Both the position numbers and the translations under genes were made by a program. Below, one piece after another: positions 1 to 10,151 of a DNA stretch of 64,000 nucleotides (position 1 is its first letter; the number at the start of each line of letters is the position of its first letter). The DNA is from Candidatus Falkowbacteria bacterium. GTDB taxonomy: Bacteria > Patescibacteriota > Patescibacteriia > Patescibacteriales > UBA12465. The notes under the pieces were generated by a model. That model had not been told where the DNA came from, did no database searches, and saw only the letters and a list, made by a program, of their open reading frames with translations. The stretch covers positions 76,433 through 140,432 of the forward strand of contig JBAXPN010000002.1 of assembly GCA_037132255.1 (NCBI GenBank), in the 5' to 3' direction.

Positions 1-2
1 CT

Positions 3-2369
3 AGTATTGCCCGTGAATTAACTAGTCATACGGTTGAAGTTGAAGGGCTTATTAACCAGGCTGAGCAGTTTAATAAAGTTGTCGTTGGAAAAGTATTAGA
101 AGTAAAAAAACATCCGAACGCAGACCGTCTGCGCTTAGCGCTTGTTGATATTAAAAAAACAAAATTAAATATAGTTTGCGGCGCGCCTAATCTAGCCGAA
201 GGCCAATTAGTGCCAGTGGCTTTGGTTGGGGCTGTTTTACCAGGGGGACTAGAGATCAAGGAGTCGGAGATTAGAGGAGAAAAATCAAGCGGCATGATCT
301 GTGCTGAAGATGAACTAGGTTTAGGCAAGGGACACGATGGCATTATTGTTTTGGCTAGTGACGCAAAAATAGGCGAAGCGTTTGCAAAATATCTAAAAGC
401 AAATGACACTGTTCTAGAAGTAGACAATAAATCTTTGTCTAACCGTCCAGACTTGCTTAATCATTACGGTATTGCGCGTGAAATTGGCGTAATCTTCGAT
501 TTAGTAGTTAAGCCGTATGATAAATTTCTAAATAAAAAATTTGAATTTTTAAGCACTAAGGAAAATAAACTAGAAGTTAAAGTTGAAGATAAAGAAGCTT
601 GTCCACGCTATATGGCTATCCGGGTTGAAAATCTTGAAGTTAAAGAATCTCCGGCCTGGTTAAAAGAAAAATTAATTGCGGTTAATCAAAAGCCGATTAA
701 TAATATTGTTGATTTAACTAATTATGTAATGTTGGAATGCGGTCAACCTCTCCATTCTTTTAATGCCGGTGACATCGAAAAAATAGTTGTGCGTCGCGCG
801 AAAAAAAATGAAGTGTTTGAAACTCTTGACGAAAAAGAGAGAAATTTAAATGAAGAGGATTTACTTATTACTGATGGTAAGAAGGCAATTGCCTTAGCAG
901 GAATAATGGGCGGAAAAGAAAGTGGTATCGTGGCAGAAACAAAAAATATAATTTTAGAATCGGCGAATTTTAAAGCGGCTTTCGTTAGAAAAACCTCACA
1001 AAGACTCGGGCTGCGCACCGAAGCGTCCACTCGCTATGAAAAAGCGCTTGATGCTAATTTAACTGAAACAGCTTTATTTAGATTCCTTACTCTTTTACAT
1101 GAGATGTGTCCGGATATGAAAATTGCGAGCGCATTAATTGATGTCAGACAGGTAGCCGTTGAGATTGAAGCAATCGAGCTTGATTTAGCCTGGCTAACTA
1201 AAAAAATTGGCCTTGAAATACCAAAAGAAAAAATCATTAAAACTCTTAGCCAACTTGGGTTTAAACTTAGTGGCGAGGACACAGAAACTCTTGTTGTTGG
1301 AATTCCTTCTTGGCGAGCAACTAAAGATATTTCTTCTAAAGAAGATTTAGCGGAAGAAGTATTACGAATTTATGGTTATGACAACATTCCTTCGCAGTTA
1401 CCTTATGAGACTTTGCGCTTACCAGAGATTAACGAAGAGAGACAAGTTGAAAGGAAGATAAAAAATATTTTAGCGCTTAAGCATGATTTAAGTGAAGTAT
1501 ATAATTATTCTTTTGTTGGCGAAGACCAACTAAAAAAATTGAATATTGATTTCTTTAATTATCTAAAATTAGCGAACCCTCTATCAGACATCCAAACCAT
1601 TCTTCGTCAGTCACTTGTGCCGAACTTAATTAATAATATTAAGACTAATCAATTTAAAGCTGACTCTCTGGCCTTCTTTGAAATAGGCGGCGTATTTTTT
1701 AACGCCCCGGGCTCACTAAAAAAAGAAGCGACAGGCGATAGCACAATCCCTTATCAGGAAAAACACCTCGGAATTATTTTAGCCGGAGAGGAAACGGATT
1801 TATTTGGACGTGTTAAGGGTATTGTGAGCAGTTTAATTAAAGATTTAATTACTCACGATGCGATTAGCGAGTTTGTCTTATCGGAAGAATTTCCTGGCTG
1901 GGCCGATAATAAGATAATCGCAAAAATTAAAGTATATGGTCGAGAAATTGGCGTAGTGGCTGTATTAAATAAAGCGGCGAGTGATAATGTAAATTTAAAA
2001 AAACCAGTTGTAATTGCCGAAATAAATTTTAAAGATTTATTTGAGCTAATATTTTCCGCGCAGACAACTCATTTTAAAGAGCTAGCTAAATATCCGGCTG
2101 TCGTTCGAGATTTTGCTTTTGTTATAAAAGAAAAAATATTGTATAATGAATTTAAGCATGAGATAGTTAAATTTAATTCTTTAATTAAAGAAGCTGAACT
2201 ATTTGATGTCTATGTCGGTAATAAATTAGCGGCGGATGAAAAAAGTTTAGCCTTCCATTTAACATTTCAGTCAGAGGAAAAAACTTTATTAAATAATGAA
2301 GTTGACCTCACTGTAGATTCTCTTATTAAGCACTTGGCGGAAAAATTTGAAGCTCGGCTAAGAGATTAA
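3..2369 (+). CDS. pheT: phenylalanine--tRNA ligase beta subunit (5' end off window)
   Basis: The frame of ORF 210..2369 stays open back to base 3 (SIARELTSHTVEVEGL..KHPNADRLRLALVD = OB-fold tRNA-binding domain). The length and C-terminal FDX-ACB-like region fit PheT. Confidence 0.9.
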   Translation, partial: SIARELTSHTVEVEGLINQAEQFNKVVVGKVLEVKKHPNADRLRLALVDIKKTKLNIVCGAPNLAEGQLVPVALVGAVLPGGLEIKESEIRGEKSSGMICAEDELGLGKGHDGIIVLASDAKIGEAFAKYLKANDTVLEVDNKSLSNRPDLLNHYGIAREIGVIFDLVVKPYDKFLNKKFEFLSTKENKLEVKVEDKEACPRYMAIRVENLEVKESPAWLKEKLIAVNQKPINNIVDLTNYVMLECGQPLHSFNAGDIEKIVVRRAKKNEVFETLDEKERNLNEEDLLITDGKKAIALAGIMGGKESGIVAETKNIILESANFKAAFVRKTSQRLGLRTEASTRYEKALDANLTETALFRFLTLLHEMCPDMKIASALIDVRQVAVEIEAIELDLAWLTKKIGLEIPKEKIIKTLSQLGFKLSGEDTETLVVGIPSWRATKDISSKEDLAEEVLRIYGYDNIPSQLPYETLRLPEINEERQVERKIKNILALKHDLSEVYNYSFVGEDQLKKLNIDFFNYLKLANPLSDIQTILRQSLVPNLINNIKTNQFKADSLAFFEIGGVFFNAPGSLKKEATGDSTIPYQEKHLGIILAGEETDLFGRVKGIVSSLIKDLITHDAISEFVLSEEFPGWADNKIIAKIKVYGREIGVVAVLNKAASDNVNLKKPVVIAEINFKDLFELIFSAQTTHFKELAKYPAVVRDFAFVIKEKILYNEFKHEIVKFNSLIKEAELFDVYVGNKLAADEKSLAFHLTFQSEEKTLLNNEVDLTVDSLIKHLAEKFEARLRD

Positions 2370-2391
2370 GCAAAAATCTAAATATAAATAT

Positions 2392-2715
2392 ATGTTTTCA
2401 ACTTCAATCGACATCTTAAATTTAGTGTTAGCGATTTGCGTCGCAATTTTAACTTTTTTCCTCTGCTGGGCGATATATTATTTTGTTGCTAGCGTACAGC
2501 GAATAAATAAAATTACGAAAAGAATTGAGACAGGAGTTATGAAAGCAGAAGAAGTTGTTAATATGGCCAAAGATAAACTCAGAAATAGTTCGGCGTACTT
2601 TATGGTTTTAGGAGAGATCGCGAAGAAGGCAATGGAATATGTCCAGGAGAAACGAGCTAATACCAAAGAGCCACGAGAAACAAAAGAGACTAAGAAGAAG
2701 ACAAAAAAGAAATAA
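2392..2715 (+). CDS. hypothetical small membrane protein with Lys-rich tail
   Basis: 107 aa ORF with one N-terminal TM helix (ILNLVLAICVAILTFFLCWAIYYFV) and a KETKKKTKKK C-terminus. It follows pheT by 22 nt. Confidence 0.5.
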   Translation: MFSTSIDILNLVLAICVAILTFFLCWAIYYFVASVQRINKITKRIETGVMKAEEVVNMAKDKLRNSSAYFMVLGEIAKKAMEYVQEKRANTKEPRETKETKKKTKKK

Positions 2716-2730
2716 ATAAATTTGCATACA

Positions 2731-2759
2731 AAAAAGACTGGTCTAATACCGGTCTTTTT
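2731..2759. terminator. bidirectional intrinsic terminator
   Basis: aaaaAGACTGGtctaataCCGGTCTttttt: a 7-bp stem (one G.U) with an A-run upstream and a T-run downstream, between convergent genes. Confidence 0.7.
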
Positions 2760-2772
2760 ATATTTGTTTAAA

Positions 2773-5052
2773 TTATTCTTTTTCGGCTTTCTCGGTTTTT
2801 GCTTTCTTTTCTTTGACAACGTAGTCGCAAGCTTTATTGCTACATTTTGTCTTGCCGGATTTAGTGTCTTTGATTACTAAGCCTCCGCAATCAGGGCAGT
2901 CTTGGCCAGTTGGCTCTCCCCAATAAGCATTTTTACATTTCGGATAGTTGTTACAGGCCCAGAAAGCGCCACGCTTACTGAATTTTTTAACGATTTTGCC
3001 ATCTCCGCAAACCGGGCAAGCAACTTCCACGCCCCCAGCATTGGCTTCGGCGATATTTTTAATATTTTTGCATTTTGGATAGCCGGAACAAGCTAAGAAG
3101 GGACCGAATTTACCGACGCGAACTTTCATGGCCGAGCCACATTTCTCGCAGACCTCAGCGTCATATTTTTTTTGCATTTCGGCAATTTTTGGATCAACTT
3201 CTTTTTTCTCATAGACGTTCCCCTCTCCGGCAAATTTTTTTATGTTTTTGCAATCAGGGTATCCGCTACAAGCGAGAAATTTACCAAAGCGTCCGGTCTT
3301 AATTATCATCGCTGCGCCACATTTATCGCAAACTTCTGTTGATTTTTCTTCTGGCATAATATCACTTTTTTTAATTTCTTCTTCTTTATTTTTTAAATTA
3401 GTATGAAAATCAGTGTAGAAATCGCCGATGACTGGTTGCCATTTCTTTTCACCTTCGGCAATCGAATCTAAATCATCTTCCATTTTAGCGGTAAAAGCAT
3501 AGTCAACAATTTTTGGAAAATGATTGATAAGCAAGTCAATCACAACGAAAGCAATACTGGTTGGCTTTAATTTCTTATTGTCATCGCGTTCGACATAATT
3601 ACGGGTAATGATTGTATTAATGGTTGGCGCGTAGGTTGATGGACGACCAATATCGTGCTTTTCAAGTTCTTTTACTAAACCAGCGTCAGAATAACGAGCC
3701 GGTGGGTTGGTCGTATGTTCATCGGCGCGCAGATCAATTAAAATCATCGGGTCGCCCTCAGACAATATTGGTAATTCTTGTTCTTTCGTTTTTTCTGGCC
3801 ATACTTTTAAATAGCCCGGAAAAACTAAAGTCTGGCCGTTAGCCCTAAAAATATAGATATCTTTATTATCGGTAGCCTTTACGTCTACAGTTGTGGAGGC
3901 TAACTTAGCTGGAGTCATTTGGCTTGAAACAGCGCGTTGCCAAATTAAGCGATATAATCTCTCCTGGCCCTTATCAAGCTTAGCACTAAGCATATCGGGG
4001 GTTGTGGCGGCTTCAGTCGGTCTAACGGCTTCATGCGCTTCTTGCGCATTCTTGCTCTTCCCTTTATAAACCTTGCCACCAGAAATAGCATATTCAGCGC
4101 CGAGATTTTTATTTATCCATTCATAGGCATCGCCAAGAAATTTTGGTGAGAGATTTAGAGAATCAGTTCTCATGTAAGTGATATAACCTAGTTCATACAG
4201 CTTTTGCGCAATTGTCATTGTTTGCTTAGCACTAAAACCGAGTTGACGATTAGCCGCCTGCTGCAAAGTAGATGTTGTAAACGGAGCGGACGGATTTTTA
4301 CTTACTTCTTTCTTTTCAATCTTCTCTATCGAGTAATCGGCAGAACGGAGATTTTTCTTTATTTCAGCTGCTTCTTCTTTTTTAATACTTAATTTATTGA
4401 AAGTTTTATTTCGAACTTTATATAGATCGGCTGTAAATTGATTTTCTTTTGTATCTTTTGTGATGTCTGCAGATAAGCTCCAATACTCTTCGGTTTTAAA
4501 AGCCAGAATCTCTCGTTCCCTTTCAACAATTAAACGAGTGGCAACACTCTGTACGCGTCCGGCAGATAATCCTTTAGCAACCTTTTTCCAGAGAAAAGGA
4601 GATAATTCATAACCAACAAGTCTGTCTAAAATACGACGTGCCTGTTGGGCATCAACCATATTCTGATCAATTTTACGTGGATGTTCCAGGGCCTCTAAAA
4701 TAGCGGACTTAGTAATTTCGTGGAAGACAATGCGTTTGGTTTTTTTTATATCAAGGCCAAGAGCCTCTACTAAATGCCAGGCAATCGCCTCTCCTTCACG
4801 GTCTTCGTCAGACGCGAGAATAACTTCGGTCGATTTTTTCGCGGCTGACTTTAAAGTGCTGACAGTTTTTTTTGCTTTTGTTGGAATAACGTAGTCGGGA
4901 GCAAAATTATTTTTAATATCAATTCCCATTTTACTTTCTGGGAGATCACGAATATGGCCGAATGAAGATTCGACCTGATAATTTTTATCGAGAAACTTTC
5001 CGATAGTCTTGGCTTTTGTTGGAGATTCGACGATAATTAATTGCATATTCAA
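2773..5052 (-). CDS. topA: DNA topoisomerase I with four C-terminal C4 zinc ribbons
   Basis: TOPRIM start (IIVESPTKAKTIGKFL), EGEAIAWH, the active-site region YITYMRTDS, and four CxxC..CxxC ribbons (CDKCG..CSGYPDC and three more). Confidence 0.92.
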   Translation of the reverse strand: MNMQLIIVESPTKAKTIGKFLDKNYQVESSFGHIRDLPESKMGIDIKNNFAPDYVIPTKAKKTVSTLKSAAKKSTEVILASDEDREGEAIAWHLVEALGLDIKKTKRIVFHEITKSAILEALEHPRKIDQNMVDAQQARRILDRLVGYELSPFLWKKVAKGLSAGRVQSVATRLIVEREREILAFKTEEYWSLSADITKDTKENQFTADLYKVRNKTFNKLSIKKEEAAEIKKNLRSADYSIEKIEKKEVSKNPSAPFTTSTLQQAANRQLGFSAKQTMTIAQKLYELGYITYMRTDSLNLSPKFLGDAYEWINKNLGAEYAISGGKVYKGKSKNAQEAHEAVRPTEAATTPDMLSAKLDKGQERLYRLIWQRAVSSQMTPAKLASTTVDVKATDNKDIYIFRANGQTLVFPGYLKVWPEKTKEQELPILSEGDPMILIDLRADEHTTNPPARYSDAGLVKELEKHDIGRPSTYAPTINTIITRNYVERDDNKKLKPTSIAFVVIDLLINHFPKIVDYAFTAKMEDDLDSIAEGEKKWQPVIGDFYTDFHTNLKNKEEEIKKSDIMPEEKSTEVCDKCGAAMIIKTGRFGKFLACSGYPDCKNIKKFAGEGNVYEKKEVDPKIAEMQKKYDAEVCEKCGSAMKVRVGKFGPFLACSGYPKCKNIKNIAEANAGGVEVACPVCGDGKIVKKFSKRGAFWACNNYPKCKNAYWGEPTGQDCPDCGGLVIKDTKSGKTKCSNKACDYVVKEKKAKTEKAEKE

Positions 5053-5058
5053 AATAAT

Positions 5059-6189
5059 TTAATTTATATCATAGCTGATTCCGTCGCAATTAGCAACTCC
5101 TCGGAGCTCTAATATACTTAGTTTACTATTTGTGACCGCGGTGTCAAGTTTACTGATATTAACTATTTCATCGCTTGTTATTCTTTCGCCGCGCTCATGA
5201 GCGCTCTTAATAAGTTGATATATAAGTTCCTCGCTTTCATCGTTAAACTCAAGTTTCATTTTTCTTGTCCGCTGTGCCACTGTAGAATTTGCGACTGAAA
5301 TATCGAAATAATCCAGTATATCTTTTGAGGAACTTATTGGCCTGGCGCCTAATTTGATTAAATTATTGGCGCCCGCAGAACACTCGGAAAAGATATTTCC
5401 CGGGATGGCGAGTACATCACGATTTTGATCTAGGGCGTAGTTGGCGGTGATTAGAGATCCAGATTTTAAATTGGCTTCGATTATTAAAGTTGCTTGTGTG
5501 AGACCAGAAATAATTCGATTGCGCTGCGGAAAATTTTGTCGGAGTGGCGGCGTATTTTGAGGAAATTCTGATATAAGTAAACCGCCCAATTTAACGATGA
5601 CTTTTGCTAGTTGCTTATTGCCCGATGGATAAATATTTTTATCATCTAGCCCTGAGCCGAGAACTGCCACCGTTACTCCTTTATTCGCTAGAGTTTCTTT
5701 ATGCGCTAATGAATCAACGCCGAGAGCTAGACCACTGATAATAATAATATTTTCGGAAATTAATATCGGCAAGAAGCTCTTGATAATTTTTTCCGCATAG
5801 GCACTATGTTTTCTTGAGCCGACGATGGCAAGATAACGCTTACTTAAAGAGTTTAATAATTCTATGTTTCCTTTGTAATAGATAATGTATGGGGCCGAAT
5901 GTATTTCATGAAGCAAAGGCGGATAAGAATTATCATGCCAAGAAATATATTGAATCCCTTCTCTTCGGAGCTTCTCTTCTTCATTATTAATATTAAAGTT
6001 ATTGCGCCATTCAATGAATTCATTAATTAGTTTAGTTTTAAGGCCGATACGCTCAAGGCCGAAAGAGCTCGCAAAATAAGCAGAACTAGCTGATCCGAAA
6101 TAATTTTCCAGCAGCAGTATTTTTGTGGGACCAAATTTCGCGAAACAACTAAATGCTAGGAGTGCCTGTTTATTATCAATTTGTAGCAT
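5059..6189 (-). CDS. dprA: DNA processing protein DprA/Smf
   Basis: Rossmann-like DprA core (IVGSRKHSAYAEK, ISGLALGVDSLAHK, RNRIISGL) and a C-terminal winged-helix-like tail. Confidence 0.85.
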   Translation of the reverse strand: MLQIDNKQALLAFSCFAKFGPTKILLLENYFGSASSAYFASSFGLERIGLKTKLINEFIEWRNNFNINNEEEKLRREGIQYISWHDNSYPPLLHEIHSAPYIIYYKGNIELLNSLSKRYLAIVGSRKHSAYAEKIIKSFLPILISENIIIISGLALGVDSLAHKETLANKGVTVAVLGSGLDDKNIYPSGNKQLAKVIVKLGGLLISEFPQNTPPLRQNFPQRNRIISGLTQATLIIEANLKSGSLITANYALDQNRDVLAIPGNIFSECSAGANNLIKLGARPISSSKDILDYFDISVANSTVAQRTRKMKLEFNDESEELIYQLIKSAHERGERITSDEIVNISKLDTAVTNSKLSILELRGVANCDGISYDIN

Positions 6190-6234
6190 AAGTTTAAATA
6201 AAATCCTCCTAAGTTTTTTAGGAGGATTTTATGT

Positions 6235-6795
6235 TTATTTTAGATTGTTTAAATTTATTTGAGCGAATATATCCTTGAGTCTTCCCTTTTCTTCTTGGCT
6301 AAAGGCCGTGGTTACGAATTTCTCTGGTGGAATATGGGTTCGGAGTAGTTCATTTTTAATTCCGAGGCGCACGCGTGTAAAGTTTTTTGTTTTGAGATAA
6401 GTGATAATTGATTGAATGCCACGGTGGCCGGCACTTCCTGAGTTTGTTGCGATTTTATAGTCGCCGAAGTTTAAATCTAAATCATCTTGGATAACGATTA
6501 GACAATCCGTTAAATCAGCATCCTTTTTATTTATTAAGCCAAAATTTTTAGGAAGCAATTTATAATAGTTGAGAATTTTTTGAACCGCATCTCCGGAATT
6601 ATTCATGAAAGTCTGAGGCTTGATGTATAAATTTTCGCCTGATTCATATAGAAAGGCGTTAAACTTTTTACTTTCTTGCCATTTCACATCACCAAGAAGA
6701 TTGTCTAGGAAGAGCCAGCCAATATTATGACGGGTATTATGATATTGTTCCCCTGGGTTACCCAGGCCTACGATTATTTTCATAAATTTACTCAT
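6235..6795 (-). CDS. pth: peptidyl-tRNA hydrolase
   Basis: IVGLGNPGEQYHNTRHNIGW, DDLDL and GHRGIQSI motifs. It overlaps the der stop by 8 nt. Confidence 0.9.
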   Translation of the reverse strand: MSKFMKIIVGLGNPGEQYHNTRHNIGWLFLDNLLGDVKWQESKKFNAFLYESGENLYIKPQTFMNNSGDAVQKILNYYKLLPKNFGLINKKDADLTDCLIVIQDDLDLNFGDYKIATNSGSAGHRGIQSIITYLKTKNFTRVRLGIKNELLRTHIPPEKFVTTAFSQEEKGRLKDIFAQINLNNLK

Positions 6796-8188
6796 TATAA
6801 GTTGTATGAGATTTTCTTTCTTTGGTTACTGAAGTATGGATTGGCGTTCCGGTAAAACCATATTTCTCGCGTAAACGATTTTCAATAAAGCGGACGTAGG
6901 AAAAATGTAAATCATCATTCGGGCCAATCCGAACAACAAATGAAGGTGGATTATTTTTTGTTTGTTTAAATTCGTAAATTCTCGGAGATTTCGTTCCCTT
7001 GCCTTTGGCGGGTTTATGGAGTTTTACGACATGGCTTAAAAATTTTGTACATTGGGAATCGCTTAAAACTAATTCACGCTCAGCAGCAATCGTTAAAACG
7101 AGATCAAGAATTTTATTTACTTTTTCACCAGTTTTAGCGGAGATAAATTGAAGAGGTGCCCAAGTCGCAAAAGGTAATTTATCGTAAATAATTTCTGTCC
7201 ATTTTTTAGTATTGCGCTCCTCGATGATGTCCCATTTATTGGCGATAAAAATTAAACTTTTTTGGCGATCAACTATTTCTTGAATAATTTTAGCGTCTTG
7301 ATGAGTAATTGGTTCGCTAATGTCCATTACAAGTAGTGCGATATCAGCTTTATCTAAAGATTTTAAAGACTTTAAGATGCCAGGTTTTTCGAGGCCCTTA
7401 CCTTTTGTTCCTTGTTTTGAAATACCAGCCGTATCAACTAGCGTAATTTTTTTATTTTTGTAAATTAAATCTGTATTCTGTGGTTCGCGGGTAGTATGTG
7501 CAATCGGACTAACAATAACTCGTTCGTAACCAAGAATCGCATTTAAGAGAGATGACTTTCCAACATTTGGCTTGCCAATAATACAGGCATTAACTGGTCT
7601 ATCGTCTTTATCTTCAATCGCCTTTTTATTTTTTTTATGTTTATCAATTTTCGCAATAATAATGTCCAATAAATCTCCGGTTCCCATGCTGCTCGCTGCT
7701 GAAACCGCAATCGGTTCGCCTAAACCCAATTTATTAAATTGAGCAGTCTCTGGCGCGGCTTTAAAATTATCAACTTTATTGGCGATGAGCATTACCTTTT
7801 TACTATAGGTTGGACTCTTCTTTAAAGCGGCAGCTAATTCTTTATCCTCGGGTAACAGGCCAGTTTTAGTATCAACGACAAATAAAATTAGATCAGCGCG
7901 ATCTAAATAGGCGCGAGCTTGTTTTTGGGTTTGAGTATCGATATCGTTCTCGGCCATCTTTTTTGTAAGCAAATAGCGCCAATCAAGAATACCGGCAGTA
8001 TCAACTAATTCAAAAGCACTATTGTCCCATTCAACGATTCCGAGATTACTATCACGAGTAGTACCGGCAACATCAGAGACTAGAGCTTGCTTTCTTTCAA
8101 TTAGACAGTTAAAAAGCGTTGACTTACCAACGTTGGTTCGTCCACACATAACGACTAATGGCAATTTGTTTTTATTGTAGTTGATCAT
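6788..8188 (-). CDS. der: ribosome-associated GTPase Der/EngA
   Basis: Two G domains (GRTNVGKSTLFN..DTAG..NKVD and GKPNVGKSSLLN..DTAG..NKWD) plus a KH-like C-terminus. Confidence 0.92.
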   Translation of the reverse strand: MINYNKNKLPLVVMCGRTNVGKSTLFNCLIERKQALVSDVAGTTRDSNLGIVEWDNSAFELVDTAGILDWRYLLTKKMAENDIDTQTQKQARAYLDRADLILFVVDTKTGLLPEDKELAAALKKSPTYSKKVMLIANKVDNFKAAPETAQFNKLGLGEPIAVSAASSMGTGDLLDIIIAKIDKHKKNKKAIEDKDDRPVNACIIGKPNVGKSSLLNAILGYERVIVSPIAHTTREPQNTDLIYKNKKITLVDTAGISKQGTKGKGLEKPGILKSLKSLDKADIALLVMDISEPITHQDAKIIQEIVDRQKSLIFIANKWDIIEERNTKKWTEIIYDKLPFATWAPLQFISAKTGEKVNKILDLVLTIAAERELVLSDSQCTKFLSHVVKLHKPAKGKGTKSPRIYEFKQTKNNPPSFVVRIGPNDDLHFSYVRFIENRLREKYGFTGTPIHTSVTKERKSHTTYNE

Positions 8189-8196
8189 AATTAAAT

Positions 8197-9648
8197 TTAT
8201 TCCTTATTGGCATCCGTTCCGAGAATAAGTAAAAAATCAGATTCATTATCTCCGGTTTTATATGGTTCTAGCCAAGTAGGAGAATTAAAAGCTTGTGTCG
8301 CTCCGGTTAATTTTTTTATAGCGATTAAAGAGTCGTTTTTTTGTCCCGATGTTAAATCATAAACAACGCTCTGCTCGTAGTTTCTTTCTATCGCATTTCC
8401 GGTACCGACTATTTTAAATTGATATTCAATCAAAGTATTAGAAGTTTTCCCCGCTAAACCAGTAATCCAGGTTCCGTTTGCGATGAAAACTTTAGCACTA
8501 TCAGTTATTGGCTTAATCGTGGTCGTGGTGCTTGGGGCCGAGGAATCAAAAATTGTTTGCACCATGGTTTTTATCTCAGAAAAATTTCCGCTTCTTGGAG
8601 TTAAGATATAAGCACCATCTTCGCCTTTACCAGAAATGAGCATCCCGTCTGGAGCATCGCTCAGAACTTTATTAATTATTTGATCTCTTTTTACGTCTTT
8701 AAATAAATCCCAGAGACGCAATATTTCCCAGGTGCTGAGATTTGTTGAAATGTCTTGGTTGAACTCACTGATTAATTTACTTAAGACAACTGGGTTTAAT
8801 AATGTTTGGCGGGAAAGTAATTTTTCCTTAACAGCTTCAAGTAATAATTGTTGGCGACGAGCACGGGCGAAGTCATTCCCCTCTGAACTTAGTGAATGGC
8901 GACTTCTGGCATATTTTAAAGCTGTTGAGCCAGTCATTTTTTGGAGACCAGCATCAAAGTGGAGGTGCTCAAAGCGAGCGTAGTAGTCAGGATTTTCTTC
9001 TTGGCCTTTCGCCGGATAGGTATAATCATCAAAAGTATTCTCAACATTTATTTCAACGCCACCGATTTCATCAATAATTCTTTCAAAGCCCTCAAAATCA
9101 ACACGGACGTAGTATGTTGTTGGCGTTTGTAGCAATTCACTTATCGCCTTTGTTGTTTCAGCGCCGCCTGAGCCTGGGAGTGCTTTTTCAGCATAAGCAT
9201 TAACACTGTTTATTTTTCGCCAACCGCTCACTGGAGCGGTTAAATCACGTGGAACTGAAACTAGGGCAACCTGCTTCGTGCTTGGTTTTAAACTTGTTAA
9301 TATTATTGTATCGGTTAGATTGGCGCCGTCATGGCCTTCGCCGCCCATTCCTAAGAGTAAAATGTTTACACGATCATCAGTTTCGCCGACTAATTGCTTG
9401 TCGGCGGCCGGTACTAAATGGCGAAGTTTAGTGAAAAAACTGATTCCAGGCAACCAATTACTAGCATTTTGGCTCGACATTAATATTTTACCGGAAAAAA
9501 CCAAAGCGATAACAAGTATAGCAATTGCATAGGTGGTAATTCGTCTTCTTTTGCGACTATTTATTAATTGTTCTTCTTCGGGCAAATAGCTTTGGTTTTT
9601 CTTCTCGAGCTTTTCTACCTCTTGCATTTTTTGCTTAAAATCAATCAT
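8197..9648 (-). CDS. LytR-CpsA-Psr (LCP) family cell-envelope transferase
   Basis: LCP core (RVNILLLGMGGEGHDGANLTDTIILTSL..VSVPRD) after one TM helix, with a LytR_C-like tail. The track ORF starts at 9750, but a consensus promoter sits at 9707-9735, so the start is placed at Met35 (9648); 9627 is also possible. Confidence 0.75.
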   Translation of the reverse strand: MIDFKQKMQEVEKLEKKNQSYLPEEEQLINSRKRRRITTYAIAILVIALVFSGKILMSSQNASNWLPGISFFTKLRHLVPAADKQLVGETDDRVNILLLGMGGEGHDGANLTDTIILTSLKPSTKQVALVSVPRDLTAPVSGWRKINSVNAYAEKALPGSGGAETTKAISELLQTPTTYYVRVDFEGFERIIDEIGGVEINVENTFDDYTYPAKGQEENPDYYARFEHLHFDAGLQKMTGSTALKYARSRHSLSSEGNDFARARRQQLLLEAVKEKLLSRQTLLNPVVLSKLISEFNQDISTNLSTWEILRLWDLFKDVKRDQIINKVLSDAPDGMLISGKGEDGAYILTPRSGNFSEIKTMVQTIFDSSAPSTTTTIKPITDSAKVFIANGTWITGLAGKTSNTLIEYQFKIVGTGNAIERNYEQSVVYDLTSGQKNDSLIAIKKLTGATQAFNSPTWLEPYKTGDNESDFLLILGTDANKE

Positions 9649-9706
9649 AAAAAATAAAAAAATTCTGTCTATTGAAGAATTATTCTTAGGTATATTTCTA
9701 TGTTTC

Positions 9707-9735
9707 ATTATAGGCGTCAAGGGGGCATTTGTCAA
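9707..9735 (-). promoter_or_regulatory. sigma70-type promoter (TTGACA-17-TATAAT)
   Basis: The minus strand reads TTGACAaatgcccccttgacgccTATAAT, a perfect consensus with a 17-nt spacer upstream of the LCP gene. Confidence 0.6.
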
Positions 9736-9781
9736 AGCAACAAAAAACAAAAAACGCTTTACAAAAAAGCGCTTTTTATTG

Positions 9782-9852
9782 TCGGGCTGCCGGGAATTGA
9801 ACCCGGATTACACGCACCCGAAGCGTGCGTAATACCGTTATACCACAGCCCG
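9782..9852 (-). tRNA. tRNA-Pro (CGG)
   Basis: Cloverleaf read by hand: acceptor CGGGCTG/CAGCCCG, anticodon loop TTCGGGT, T-loop GGTTCAATTCC. Confidence 0.9.
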
Positions 9853-9863
9853 GAATTTAAATG

Positions 9864-9936
9864 TGGACTTGAGGGGACTCGAACCCCTTACCTCTGCAAT
9901 GCGAATGCAGCGCTCTACCAGATGAGCTACAAGCCC
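9864..9936 (-). tRNA. tRNA-Ala (CGC)
   Basis: Acceptor GGGCTTG with the G3:U70 identity pair, anticodon loop TTCGCAT, T-loop GGTTCGAGTCC. Confidence 0.9.
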
Positions 9937-9944
9937 TTTTTGTG

Positions 9945-10015
9945 TCGGGGTGCCGGGAATTGAACCCGAGCTACGTGCACCCCATGCATGCGTACTACCG
10001 TTATACTACACCCCG
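9945..10015 (-). tRNA. tRNA-Pro (GGG)
   Basis: Acceptor CGGGGTG/CACCCCG and anticodon loop ATGGGGT, with one A-C mismatch in the anticodon stem. Confidence 0.85.
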
Positions 10016-10151
10016 ATGATAACAATAGGTCAAGCCGAACAATACTCATCTTAACACAACACAAAGATTATTCAAGGTGAATTATTGTCTAAATATATGA
10101 ATTGCTTTTTGGTCCGAATTACCGTAAAATATTAATAATAATTAGAAATAT

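Noticed and set aside
26-1282. Track ORFs antisense to pheT (26..427, 743..1030, 1034..1282), and similar shadow ORFs inside topA, the LCP gene, ppsA, smc, comM and the pilin gene 38841..39074
   Set aside because: Each lies fully inside a longer ORF on the other strand that carries clear family motifs. Their translations are Ser/Leu/Phe-rich, typical of antisense frames in AT-rich DNA.
9700-9963. 87-aa plus-strand ORF
   Set aside because: It spans the promoter region and two minus-strand tRNA genes, so it is an artefact.
10016-10151. T-box leader upstream of trpS
   Set aside because: The intergenic region is only about 135 nt and shared with the divergent tRNA promoter. No specifier or T-box sequence was recognisable.
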